Source: Desulfurococcales archaeon (GTDB lineage Archaea > Thermoproteota > Thermoprotei_A > Sulfolobales > Acidilobaceae). From it: DNA of 64,000 bases. Positions 1 through 10,739 of this stretch are shown here, piece by piece (positions within the stretch are counted from its first letter, which is position 1; each line of letters begins with the position of its first letter). The notes beneath the pieces are model-generated. The model ran no database searches and was not told where the DNA came from. It saw nothing but the letters and a program-made list of their open reading frames with translations. Where the stretch lies: assembly GCA_015520195.1 (NCBI GenBank), contig WAQN01000131.1, positions 565-64,564 on the forward strand. Direction: 5' to 3'. Made by a program: the position numbers and the translations under genes.

Positions 1-1592
<1,592 letters not shown>

Positions 1593-1645
1593 TTATATGT
1601 AGGCGGCTAGCCTAATAAAGTAGATAGCTGGAATCCGGGGTTTAG

Positions 1646-2341
1646 GTGTATAAAGGGACGTGGGCATCTATGAAGGGGGATGAAGTGTATAGGATACTTG
1701 AGTCCTCACTAGTAGATGACTGGAGGGAGTATGTTGCCCTCGTCGCTAAACGTAGATCGCGGAGTCCCTTCTCAGTTCTTGTGGGGGTTGTGTTAAGCCA
1801 GAATACCAATGATAAGAATTCTATAAGGGCTTTCAACGAGCTTGCTAGTAGAGTAGGGGTCGACATAGATGACATATTGAAGGCTGACATAAGGGATATA
1901 GAGGAATCCATCAGAATAGCTGGTATGTGGAGACAGAAGGCTAGAACCATAGTAAAACTGGCTAGACACATAAAAGACCTTGGTGGAGAGGATTTCCTCG
2001 TTAAAGAGAAGCCCGATATTGTACGTGAGAAGCTCTTAGAGGTGAAAGGTGTAGGGCCAAAAACCGTGGACGTATTCCTATCCGTAGTTAGAAAAGCGCC
2101 ATATTTCGCAGTAGATACACACGCCGCTAGGATAGCTAGACGATGGGGCCTTGTCGGAGAGAAGGCTTCATATGATGAAATCTCTAAGGCGCTATTGAGG
2201 TTTTTTGGTCCGGAAAGGGCTGAGAAGGCCCATAGACTACTCATAGCCCTAGGTAGGAGATACTGTACTTCAAAGAATCCGAGGTGTGATAAGTGCCCCC
2301 TAAGAGACATATGCCCCTATGCCCGAGCGCACTTGCAGTAA
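1646..2341 (+). CDS. nth: Endonuclease III family HhH-GPD DNA glycosylase/AP lyase
   Basis: 231-aa ORF with helix-hairpin-helix segment LLEVKGVGPKTVDVFL. C-terminal Fe-S loop CTSKNPRCDKCPLRDIC has the C-x6-C-x2-C-x5-C pattern. The start may be the internal ATG at 1670 (MKGDEVY). Confidence 0.85.
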   Translation: MYKGTWASMKGDEVYRILESSLVDDWREYVALVAKRRSRSPFSVLVGVVLSQNTNDKNSIRAFNELASRVGVDIDDILKADIRDIEESIRIAGMWRQKARTIVKLARHIKDLGGEDFLVKEKPDIVREKLLEVKGVGPKTVDVFLSVVRKAPYFAVDTHAARIARRWGLVGEKASYDEISKALLRFFGPERAEKAHRLLIALGRRYCTSKNPRCDKCPLRDICPYARAHLQ

Positions 2342-2364
2342 GTAAGCCAAAGAGAGATACATGG

Positions 2365-2829
2365 ATGGAGGAGGAGCTTTTAGACACACTGATACCATGG
2401 GACCCTAACGCACAGATCAAACCCTCCGGGTTCCCAGGGGTGTTATTAGTCTATACCAAACTCGACCCCTACCAGTTAGGGAGGATAATATCCAGCGGAT
2501 ACCACGCATTCGTTAAGAGAGTAGTACCAGCTCAAAGATGCCTAATATCTCCAAGTAGGCATGACTTACTCCGAGAGATAGAAGAGATCGTAATGAAATA
2601 CAGGCCCAGAAGGATAAAGCTCTCGACTTCAATAAGGGGTACGGGTAAGACTATTATCACGCATTCAGTAATAGAGGAATTCCTTAGGAGATTCAATGTA
2701 GTTATCTATAGAAAGTCGAAGACGATGCTATGCATAGAATCTATAAATGAGTTGTTTATAATAACACTGGGGGAAGCTAGATTCTGCGGTCCAGATTGCA
2801 TAGTGATTATACAATCGCACTCAAAATAA
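2365..2829 (+). CDS. Small hypothetical protein, possibly a THUMP-like RNA-binding domain
   Basis: The track ORF 2293..2829 overlaps the nth 3' end. The in-frame ATG at 2365 (MEEELLDTL) is the more likely start. The C-terminal pattern RIKLSTSIRGTGKTIITHSVIEEFLRRFNVVIYRKSKTMLCIESINELFIITLG resembles the THUMP beta-alpha-beta core. Judged by eye only. Confidence 0.35.
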   Translation: MEEELLDTLIPWDPNAQIKPSGFPGVLLVYTKLDPYQLGRIISSGYHAFVKRVVPAQRCLISPSRHDLLREIEEIVMKYRPRRIKLSTSIRGTGKTIITHSVIEEFLRRFNVVIYRKSKTMLCIESINELFIITLGEARFCGPDCIVIIQSHSK

Positions 2830-3010
2830 TAAGCGTTTAGGAATCAAATCAATAAACCTATTATTACTCGATACTAAAGATACTCTATCGTAATACTATG
2901 CATTGAGTATTCATGGATACAATTATCGTCTTACCTAGTAAAAACGTATAAGTACACCTGTCTTCATATATCCGATTTAGAGTATAAATGTAATCCATAG
3001 CACAGCGGAA

Positions 3011-4270
3011 GTGATAGTTATGTATGAATCACGGATTTTCAGGAACAGGAAAGTGCTAGACGAGAGTTACATACCCGACAGTTTAAGAGTTAGGGACGCT
3101 GAAGCCAGCATGCTGATAGGTAGATATCTAAATAGGTTTCGTGAGGGTCTCGGCTCTACTGATATTTCATTAATATATGGTTCTCTGGGTAAGGTGGGTA
3201 TAGGCAAAACGACTCTGGCTAGGTATGTTGGTCTGGCGTTGGAGCGTGAGACTAGGAGGTATGGAGTTAACTTTAAGCATGTCTATATAAACACGTATTC
3301 TGCCCCTAGCCTGCACCAGATACTGACCCTCATAGCCTCACAACTCAACATGGGGATAACCGTTAGGGGCAGTGCGGCTATTGAAGTCCTAAAGGCTATA
3401 ACAGATTATCTGTATAGGAGAGATCTCCACATATTAGTCATATTAGACGAGTTTCAGAGCCTATTAATGTCGCCTAGGGTGGACGACGACCACCTATACC
3501 TGCTACTAAGAGTCTACGAGGAGATACCAGCAAAAGACGGAATAAACAGGATCAACTACCTACTTATAGGCCAAGACTTTAGGGTCGTCAGCCACATGAA
3601 AGAGAGAATACCTCAGGTGGAGTCACAAATAGGCTTCAGGTTATACCTAAAACCGTACAGTAAAAGAGAGCTCTATGATATACTAGAACAGAGGGCTGAG
3701 AAGGCGCTGGAACCGCATGCTTGGAACGAGTACCTCCTCGACATGATAGCTGACTATTATGGATACGATGAGTTAAAGGGTGGAGATGGCAGTGCTAGGA
3801 AAGCCATATTAACGCTCAGGATGGCTGCTGAGATTGCCGAGGTTAAGGGATCTCCTTCCATACTAGAGGAGCACGTTAGACTAGCATTATCCGAGAATGC
3901 AGTGGCAAGCATACCTCTTGATGACTTGAGGGGATTAAATACCCACGAGCTATTAATATTGCTATCAATAGCATCGTCTATTCTAGAGGGAAAGGGCTTA
4001 ATTACCACAGGTGAGCTCAGAGAGAAGTATAATGAGATAGCAGAGTTCTACGGCGAGTCCCCTAGGGGTCACACGCAGTTCCATGTTTACTTGAGGAATC
4101 TAAATGCGCTTGGCCTCATAGACTTAAAGCCTTCAGGGAAGGGTGTCAAGGGTAGAACCACCTTGATCCGCCTTTCACCTGAGATCCCTGTGGATAGGCT
4201 TAGGGAGGCTGTAGAGTCTATCATACTTGATAGAACCTCTCCTAGTAGAGGGAGGAGGAGTTGGATATAG
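3011..4270 (+). CDS. orc1: Orc1/Cdc6-family AAA+ replication initiator paralog (divergent)
   Basis: N-terminal IFRNRKVLDESYIPDSLRVRDAE matches the Orc1/Cdc6 N-terminus. Walker A is GKVGIGKTT and Walker B is VILDEFQ. The C-terminal part is winged-helix-like (LLILLSIA...TGELREKYNEIAE...FHVYLRNLNALGLI). The track start is GTG 3011; ATG at 3020 (MYESRIF) is equally plausible. Confidence 0.8.
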   Translation: MIVMYESRIFRNRKVLDESYIPDSLRVRDAEASMLIGRYLNRFREGLGSTDISLIYGSLGKVGIGKTTLARYVGLALERETRRYGVNFKHVYINTYSAPSLHQILTLIASQLNMGITVRGSAAIEVLKAITDYLYRRDLHILVILDEFQSLLMSPRVDDDHLYLLLRVYEEIPAKDGINRINYLLIGQDFRVVSHMKERIPQVESQIGFRLYLKPYSKRELYDILEQRAEKALEPHAWNEYLLDMIADYYGYDELKGGDGSARKAILTLRMAAEIAEVKGSPSILEEHVRLALSENAVASIPLDDLRGLNTHELLILLSIASSILEGKGLITTGELREKYNEIAEFYGESPRGHTQFHVYLRNLNALGLIDLKPSGKGVKGRTTLIRLSPEIPVDRLREAVESIILDRTSPSRGRRSWI

Positions 4271-4524
4271 AGAGGCTTCTAAGCAGTAAGGGCAGGGTTA
4301 AGATATTGAGGCTCCTGCTGGATAGAGGCCAGCTCAATATTTCAAGGATAATTAGGGAGACTGGATTACACCATAAATTAGTAGTTAAACACCTAAACGA
4401 GCTCATCGATATGGGCTTGGTTGTTGAGAGGAGATATGGAAGGATGAGGCTGTTCGAGGCTGACCTAACTAATCCAAAGATAAGTGCCATTAGAGAGATC
4501 TTAAGGGAATTAGAGAGGCTGTAG
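4261..4524 (+). CDS. Small winged-helix (ArsR-like) DNA-binding protein
   Basis: 87 aa containing KILRLLLDRGQLNISRIIRETGLHHKLVVKHLNELIDMGLVVERRYGRMRLFE, a helix-turn-helix plus wing pattern. It overlaps the orc1 stop by 10 nt, suggesting co-transcription. Confidence 0.6.
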   Translation: MDIERLLSSKGRVKILRLLLDRGQLNISRIIRETGLHHKLVVKHLNELIDMGLVVERRYGRMRLFEADLTNPKISAIREILRELERL

Positions 4525-4536
4525 TGGTGAGCTAGC

Positions 4537-4980
4537 ATGCCACAGGCTAGGATGATTGATATAACCAGTAAACCAATAGTGTATAGGGAAGCTATTGCTT
4601 CTGGCAGGATATACCTCAAAGAGGACACGGTAAAGGCTATACGTGAAGGTAAGATAGAAAAGGGTGATGTGGAGCAGGTGGCCACCGTAGCCGCTATACT
4701 AGCGGCTAAGAAGACCCCCGAGATACTTCCATTATGCCATCCAATACCCCTTACTAGCGTTAAAGTCGATTACAGGTATGGAGACAACTATGTAGAGGTT
4801 ACAGTGAAAGTTAAGGCCAACGCTAAGACTGGAGTTGAGATGGAGGCTTTAACCTCGGTGAGTGCTGCATTATTAACTATATGGGATATGGTTAAGCAAT
4901 ATGAGAAAGATGAGAAAGGCCAGTATCCAACAACCTTTATTAAAGACATCAGGGTTATAGAGAAGATTAAGTCCTCCTAG
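4537..4980 (+). CDS. moaC: Cyclic pyranopterin monophosphate synthase accessory protein MoaC
   Basis: MIDITSKPIVYREA...KGDVEQVATVAAILAAKKTPEILPLCHPIPLTSVKVDY...GVEMEALTSVSAALLTIWDMVK are canonical MoaC motifs. Confidence 0.9.
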   Translation: MPQARMIDITSKPIVYREAIASGRIYLKEDTVKAIREGKIEKGDVEQVATVAAILAAKKTPEILPLCHPIPLTSVKVDYRYGDNYVEVTVKVKANAKTGVEMEALTSVSAALLTIWDMVKQYEKDEKGQYPTTFIKDIRVIEKIKSS

Positions 4981-6436
4981 ACCTTCTACCTTTTCTTTTA
5001 GACGTGGTTGGCTCTTTAAAGCTGGTGCCCCGTATTCCTAGAAAAGCATCTAACCCTGATGGTTTAGACGGCTTCTCCTCGACTTTCTCCTCCTCTATTC
5101 TTCCAGCCCTCCTAATCTTGTCTATAGCAACTGATATCTCCTTCTCTCTAACACCTGCTAAGAACTTGAGCTCCTCTCTAGTCAGCTTATATCCTAATGC
5201 TATCCTCGCTGGTATAGTTGGGTCTTTTGAGTACCTGAATATAACGAAGAGGAATGGTATCACTTCATTCTTTATCAGACTCTTTGATGCTAGTATCCTT
5301 GATGACAGCTTCTCGGCAAGTTTATCTCTAACCTCTCTTACTCCTTTTAGCTGGGCCATCAGCTTTATCCTCTCTGGATAGGCATACCTATACTTTCCGA
5401 TCTCGCCTTTCCTAGCAAATGCTATACCAGGTCCTATCAGGTCGAAGACGTATGACAGCATGCTCCACTCCCCGCCGTACTTTGCCCTGGAAAGAAATAC
5501 TGTGGCCCTTGATAATGCATCGTATGCCCTGAATAAGTCGCCTGGATCAATGTATTTTTTAGGTATGTTGTCGTTTAGCCAGGCTATGAGGGTTTCATAG
5601 TCCTCTTCACTGCTGGTAACAGCTTTCTTCGCCTGCCATGCGTATTTCGCATAGAATATGCTGTTCAGGGTCCTCCACAAGTCTATGCTCTTTTCCCTGC
5701 CCCTCACTAGAGCTCTTACAAGACCAATAGTCACCTTACCGTAGCCCTCAGCCACAGCTTCAAGATCGTTTATGGCTGCTCTTAAGTCACCCATACTCCT
5801 TTCAGCTATGTACCTTAAAGCGTCTCTTTCACAATACAAGCCCTCTGAGTCACAGATTCTTTGAAGTAAGGATATAATCTGACCAGTCGATAATGGTTTA
5901 AACTCTACTAGTAAGCATACGTCTCTCAAGGGCCTGATCTGGTCTTTCCACGGGTCATTAGCAGTCATCACTATTGGATTCTCGGTTTCATTAATGACTT
6001 CTAGCAACGCTCTTAGCCCTCCAGCATCCTCTCTTGGAGCTATACCGTCTATCTCGTCTAGGAGTATTATCATGCCGTTCTTGAATAGAGGCCTCTTCTT
6101 GGCAGCTACTCCAACTGTCCTCTTTATATCCGTATCTCTTCTATAGTCACTAGCATTGAGCTCTAATAGTTCTAGGTTGTACTCTCTTGAGATGGCTTCT
6201 ATTAGGCTTGTCTTACCAACTCCTGGAGGGCCATATAATAAGGCTGCCCTCTTAGAGGGTCTCTTCCCTTCAAGCCATGTCTTTATCCATGGTACTAGTA
6301 CCTTCTTAGCATTATCTTGATTTACTACATCATCTACTCTCTTGGGCCTATACTTTATAACCCAGGGTACTCTCCTGACTTTAGCCGCTTGCAATCTTAG
6401 GCACCACTTATCTTCCTTCCGATCATACTTAACCAT
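4967..6436 (-). CDS. rfcL: Replication factor C large subunit
   Basis: VPWVIKYRPKRVDDVVNQ, Walker A GPPGVGKTS, LLDEIDG, and a basic C-terminal tail preceded by a PIP-like SGLDAFLG. The ATG at 6436 overlaps the rfcS 3' end by 40 nt. An in-frame TTG at 6394, just 3' of the rfcS stop, would give MQAAKVRRVPWVIKYRP. Confidence 0.9.
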   Translation of the reverse strand: MVKYDRKEDKWCLRLQAAKVRRVPWVIKYRPKRVDDVVNQDNAKKVLVPWIKTWLEGKRPSKRAALLYGPPGVGKTSLIEAISREYNLELLELNASDYRRDTDIKRTVGVAAKKRPLFKNGMIILLDEIDGIAPREDAGGLRALLEVINETENPIVMTANDPWKDQIRPLRDVCLLVEFKPLSTGQIISLLQRICDSEGLYCERDALRYIAERSMGDLRAAINDLEAVAEGYGKVTIGLVRALVRGREKSIDLWRTLNSIFYAKYAWQAKKAVTSSEEDYETLIAWLNDNIPKKYIDPGDLFRAYDALSRATVFLSRAKYGGEWSMLSYVFDLIGPGIAFARKGEIGKYRYAYPERIKLMAQLKGVREVRDKLAEKLSSRILASKSLIKNEVIPFLFVIFRYSKDPTIPARIALGYKLTREELKFLAGVREKEISVAIDKIRRAGRIEEEKVEEKPSKPSGLDAFLGIRGTSFKEPTTSKRKGRRSRRT

Positions 6437-8640
6437 GCTAGGAGAGCGCTTAGTTGTATATCATCGTCGCTTCCTTCCACTAATCTATAATGTATTTCGC
6501 CTATGTAATCTGCTATAATCACTCTCAGGTCATCAGGTATCTTCAATTCACTACTGAAGATCTCTTTATGGATCTGCCTTACTACATCCTCGCCGCTAAG
6601 TCCGTATTCTATCATTAGTTTTCTAAGCATCTCCCTGGAGGCCATAAAGTTGCCTTCTAGTGCTAGTTTTATCATCTCTCTAACCTCCCTTGGCTTTGCT
6701 AAGCCGACAACCCTGAAGACGGCGTCAACTGTTACTTTTCCAAGTGCAGCTGCTGCTTGTAGTATATTTATTGCCTTCCTCATATCACCCTCACTTATCT
6801 CATAGATTGTTTCTAGCGCTTCAAGATCATAGTCTACTCCCTCCACATCAGCTATGTACCTCAGTCTATCTACTACATCTTCCTTTTTTAATGGCTGGAA
6901 TCTAAAGAATGCACATCTACTCTGTATGGGGTCTATTATCTTAGAGGGATAATTAGCTATTAATATGAACCTAGTGGATGTAGAGTATAACTCCATCAAT
7001 CTCCTCAGTGCCTGCTGTGCATCACTAGTCATGTTATCGGCCTCGTCGAGAATTATAATCTTGAAGGGTATCCCAGGCGGTGTTCTACTCCTTGCGAATT
7101 CCTTGACTTTCTCTCTTATCACATTGATTCCACGTTCATCTGAGTTATGTAGAAGCACTGGGACAGGGCCTGCAAAGAACATGTTGTTACCTGGGACTGA
7201 CACGTCGTAGACGTAATCGTTGTAATTGACAACCTCTATATCCACGACCTTAAGGACATTCAAGTCAGATAAAGCCAGTATATGGAGGCGTTTCAACCAC
7301 TCTCTCTGCCTTCTAGTCAACTTTGACTCATCTATACCAGCCAGGATCTCAGCCATTTTCTCTTTAGAGATCATATCTACTCCATGTAGCTGGCTCATAT
7401 CATCTTTATTCACGACAAAACCATCTCTACTGATCTCCTCAAGCAGTCTCACTAAGGGATATACTGGTAATAGACCAGAGCTTACATGTCTCATGGATCC
7501 TTCCAACACTAATTTAACATCACTTCCACTTAGATAGCTTTCAATACCCGTTATCCGAGAAAGCCATGATATGTCTATTAGAAAATCTTTTGATGCACTC
7601 GTTATTCTAACTATGTTATCCAATCCACTTGAACTGCTTATTCTTCTTAAGCCTGTAATGTAACTTCTCCTATCGTTAGTTGAAAACTCGTATACGTAGC
7701 TAGGTAGTCCATAGTGGTCTCCGAATCCCTTGACATAAAATGCCTCCTCAATAGATCCATCTAGGTTTGAGTACATAAGGTCTCCAAGTAGTTGAGCGCT
7801 AGTAGCCGTAGGATCCCAAGTTTTCTCCACGATAATAGAGTGCTGTGAGGGATAGTTAGAGATTAATGTTAAATGGCTAAACTGCCCCCTACCATCCTTA
7901 AGTGAATCATATTGAGCGTTAACGCTTAAGGTATGCATACTCGTAGATGTGCCCCGCATATCGTTATTCCTGAATTCACCGTTATCCTCAATTATTATTC
8001 CTTCTTTTCTGCGTCCGGGTAGTATAGTAGTGAATGATAGTAGATAATCGCCAGGCTTTAAATCACTAGCAGATTTTTCAGTAATCTCTCCATTCTCGTC
8101 TAAAACCATGACAGAGTGATTACCTGTTAGCCCTATCTCGCCTCCTCCCTCTATCCTCACTCGTAGTACCTTACTTACTCTATGCCTTATTATCCACGTG
8201 GCTTTCCTCCAAGTAACACGTCCCGTGTGTTCGTCATATGTAAGCACCTCCAATTCATTTACCTTAGCATATTCGCCATCCCCATACCTAAATATTGTTT
8301 TTGAATTAAAATAAATTCTCCCTAATTCGTCGAATGTAGTTCTAAGAGTATTACCATTAATTCTGGCAAGTATCGGCGTATCCTTAGTCACAGAAGCATT
8401 TAATTCCAGGATATACTGCCTATATCCTTCGCCATACAAGTCTCTAGCCAACGCATGAGCTACCGTGGTTTTTCCTGTTCCAGGCGGTCCAGCAAAGAGT
8501 AGATGAGGCATGTTCCTTTCCTCTATGAACTTTTTAAGCCTAGAGACAACTTCGACCTGATTAATCACCTCGCTTAAACGCTTTGGCCTATACTTCTCTA
8601 CCCATAGTATCTCTAATGCACTACTCAACTCCAGCACCAC
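6397..8640 (-). CDS. rfcS: Replication factor C small subunit, interrupted by an intein (mature extein about 330 aa)
   Basis: N-extein: WVEKYRPKRLSEV, GPPGTGKTT, ...YILELNA. C-extein: SDERGINVIREKVKEFAR, ILDEADNMT, SRC motif (PIQSRCAFFRF). These are RFC boxes II-VIII in order. The 747-aa ORF is 417 aa too long. Confidence 0.92.
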   Translation of the reverse strand: MVLELSSALEILWVEKYRPKRLSEVINQVEVVSRLKKFIEERNMPHLLFAGPPGTGKTTVAHALARDLYGEGYRQYILELNASVTKDTPILARINGNTLRTTFDELGRIYFNSKTIFRYGDGEYAKVNELEVLTYDEHTGRVTWRKATWIIRHRVSKVLRVRIEGGGEIGLTGNHSVMVLDENGEITEKSASDLKPGDYLLSFTTILPGRRKEGIIIEDNGEFRNNDMRGTSTSMHTLSVNAQYDSLKDGRGQFSHLTLISNYPSQHSIIVEKTWDPTATSAQLLGDLMYSNLDGSIEEAFYVKGFGDHYGLPSYVYEFSTNDRRSYITGLRRISSSSGLDNIVRITSASKDFLIDISWLSRITGIESYLSGSDVKLVLEGSMRHVSSGLLPVYPLVRLLEEISRDGFVVNKDDMSQLHGVDMISKEKMAEILAGIDESKLTRRQREWLKRLHILALSDLNVLKVVDIEVVNYNDYVYDVSVPGNNMFFAGPVPVLLHNSDERGINVIREKVKEFARSRTPPGIPFKIIILDEADNMTSDAQQALRRLMELYSTSTRFILIANYPSKIIDPIQSRCAFFRFQPLKKEDVVDRLRYIADVEGVDYDLEALETIYEISEGDMRKAINILQAAAALGKVTVDAVFRVVGLAKPREVREMIKLALEGNFMASREMLRKLMIEYGLSGEDVVRQIHKEIFSSELKIPDDLRVIIADYIGEIHYRLVEGSDDDIQLSALLAWLSMIGRKISGA
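7144..8394 (-). mobile_element. Intein (417 aa) in rfcS, inserted in the box ELNA|SDERG, with a degenerate LAGLIDADG-like middle region
   Basis: Residues 83-499 of the ORF. It begins SVTKDTPILARING (block A, Ser1). Block B is GLTGNHSVMVL (TxxH). Blocks F/G are VYDVSVPGNNMFFAGPVPVLLHN, followed by the +1 Ser of SDERG. I checked the codons directly: TCT at 8394..8392, AAC at 7146..7144, TCA at 7143..7141. Removal recreates the conserved ELNASDERGI. Confidence 0.85.
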
Positions 8641-8666
8641 TATAGGTTCGTATACTACATGGTGGT

Positions 8667-8735
8667 TATAAGCGGTTTAGGGTTTGTAACTGTTTCCTAG
8701 TTTATAGGTCTTTTAGAGCTCTATAGGCGTTTTAG
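8667..8735. repeat. Three 14-nt direct repeats TATARGnnKTTTAG in the rfcS upstream region
   Basis: TATAAGCGGTTTAG at 8667-8680, TATAGGTCTTTTAG at 8703-8716, TATAGGCGTTTTAG at 8722-8735. A partial copy TATAGGTTCG lies at 8641. All are within the 242-bp gap between the kptA stop and the rfcS start. Confidence 0.5.
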
Positions 8736-8882
8736 TGTCCTCAGAGGCCATCAATGACCTAAACTGGGGAACGTTTAGGACGTTAGTTCTATATTCATTG
8801 AGTAATGATGCACCTGGATGTTTATTTTGCATTCACTATAATCTAGGCTAATCTGAGATGATGATACATGGTTGGGTAATGC

Positions 8883-9542
8883 TTAGAGGTGTTTGACTTT
8901 ATTTATACATTCCGGGGGTACATATTCTACCACGTATACTGTTTTACCCGCCTTGCCCACTATTAAACCCTTGGATTCTAGACATTCTACATTAACTATA
9001 ATTATGGATATTCTTCTCCCATGGCGTTTTCCGGTTTCAATGGCATCGTCTAGTGAGCTTGTTAAATGAACCATTTTCCTCTTCATAGGCTTTATACCCT
9101 CAGCTAGTATCTTATCTACGTTATCACGACTTGTACCATGATATAGTATTCGAGGGGGTTTAACACTGTAATCGGGTTTTACATCGACATCGATGCTATG
9201 CCCATATCTAGCTCTAATAAACCCATTTTTAACCTCGTATCTCCCTTTTGGGTCCAAGCGTGCTATAGCCTCTATATGCCAGTACTCGACCCACTCGAAG
9301 CCTGGCGTCTTCCTCAGTGCTTTAAGAATATCACTTATCCTAGCCCAGCCCTCTCTAGTAAGGCTTATACCATATCTGTGAGGATAATGTCTTAGTATGC
9401 CAGCCAACTTCTTACTCAGTATAACGCGCTTAGATGCATGTAGCACATCCTGTATATCCCTACACTCTCCAGGAGACTCTACATATACCCCATCCTTACA
9501 CTTATAGATGCTAGGAGGCTCCTTAGACCTGGAAGTAGTCAT
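8883..9542 (-). CDS. kptA: RNA 2'-phosphotransferase (Tpt1/KptA family)
   Basis: LSKKLAGILRHYPHRYGISLTREGWARISDIL..., YGHSIDV, LYHGTS and VHLTS are Tpt1/KptA signature segments. Confidence 0.85.
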   Translation of the reverse strand: MTTSRSKEPPSIYKCKDGVYVESPGECRDIQDVLHASKRVILSKKLAGILRHYPHRYGISLTREGWARISDILKALRKTPGFEWVEYWHIEAIARLDPKGRYEVKNGFIRARYGHSIDVDVKPDYSVKPPRILYHGTSRDNVDKILAEGIKPMKRKMVHLTSSLDDAIETGKRHGRRISIIIVNVECLESKGLIVGKAGKTVYVVEYVPPECINKVKHL

Positions 9543-9673
9543 AATAATTCACCAGGCGTGAAGACTCCATAATCCCATTACTATGTTTAACAAGACCTTT
9601 TTAGTTTAACTTAAATTCTAGTATTAAGTCACAAATAAGACCATAATATATTACACCAACTAGCAATAACCAA

Positions 9674-10591
9674 TTATTCTTCACCATTGCTTTTAGTCTG
9701 TAGCGAATGTATTAACAGTAATGCTAGTTTAGCGGCTAATTTTGATGTAGCATTGTTCACGTCTAATAGAGGGTTTACCTCCACTATATCTACTGCTTTG
9801 GGCTTTATCCTTTTAGCTGCATACATCAATATTTCTATTGTCTCCTCTGGCCTCATGCCTATTGGGGTTGGAGCACCAGTTCCCGGGGCATATGCCTGGT
9901 CTAGATGGTCTATGTCTATAGTTATATAGTAGGCTTTCATGTTCATCTCAGCTAGCTTGTCTACAGCATTTAAGGCTTCCCTTAGGTCACTATACAGCGA
10001 CATTCTATCCACTATGAAATATCCTAACGTCTCAGCTCTTTCTTGCAGATAATATGGATTTGCGTAATCCGCTATACCTATTATAGCAGCTTTTACTCTC
10101 CCGGAAAACTTGTTTGATAGCCTCCATAACCAGTCTCCACTAGTTGATCCCTCATCAACACTCCTTAAATCGTAGTGTGCATCAAACATCAATATACCTA
10201 CTTCGCCGTACTCCTCTATTAGAGCCTCAACTAGCGGTTCTGTTATCGAGTGATCTCCCCCGAGGAATAACGAGAATTTGTATGTCTTATAGGATCTCCT
10301 GGCAACACTGGTTATCCTCGTCCTTGTGAGCTCCCAGTCTCTAGCTGCCACCTTAATGTCTCCTAGATCCACAAGCCTTGATTCTAGGCTAGACTTGAAG
10401 GTGGGGGAGTACCTGGAGAATCCATATAATTTCTCCCTAATCGCTCGTGGTGCCAGTCTAGAACCTGGAGGTCCAGTTACATTCCAATCCCAGGGGACAC
10501 CAATTACTGCTATTTCACCCTCAGATGATGGCGAGATTTTTACATCCCTACTATCCCTCATCAGGCTTGAGCCTGGAGCCACTAAATCCAT
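9674..10591 (-). CDS. speB: Arginase-family ureohydrolase, most likely agmatinase
   Basis: Metal-binding motifs GGDHSIT, FDAHYDLR and ITIDIDHLDQAYAPGTGAPTPIG. Confidence 0.8.
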   Translation of the reverse strand: MDLVAPGSSLMRDSRDVKISPSSEGEIAVIGVPWDWNVTGPPGSRLAPRAIREKLYGFSRYSPTFKSSLESRLVDLGDIKVAARDWELTRTRITSVARRSYKTYKFSLFLGGDHSITEPLVEALIEEYGEVGILMFDAHYDLRSVDEGSTSGDWLWRLSNKFSGRVKAAIIGIADYANPYYLQERAETLGYFIVDRMSLYSDLREALNAVDKLAEMNMKAYYITIDIDHLDQAYAPGTGAPTPIGMRPEETIEILMYAAKRIKPKAVDIVEVNPLLDVNNATSKLAAKLALLLIHSLQTKSNGEE

Positions 10592-10739
10592 TCTCTCAAC
10601 ACCAGGTTATATCTAATACTTTATCATACTAGAATATTAATTGACTGCTAGAAAAGCTATGGTTAAACCAGAAGCTAAGGTCTTTTACATTTTGATGTTT
10701 AAATTTAAATCCTTAATTATCTCGATGTTATTTACTTAG

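Noticed and set aside
2830-3010. orc1 upstream spacer as a replication origin
   Set aside because: It is short (180 bp). I could find no repeated ORB or mini-ORB-like elements and no pair of inverted long repeats flanking a DUE. Only a 6-bp inverted repeat is present. It is kept as an open question in the findings, not as a feature.
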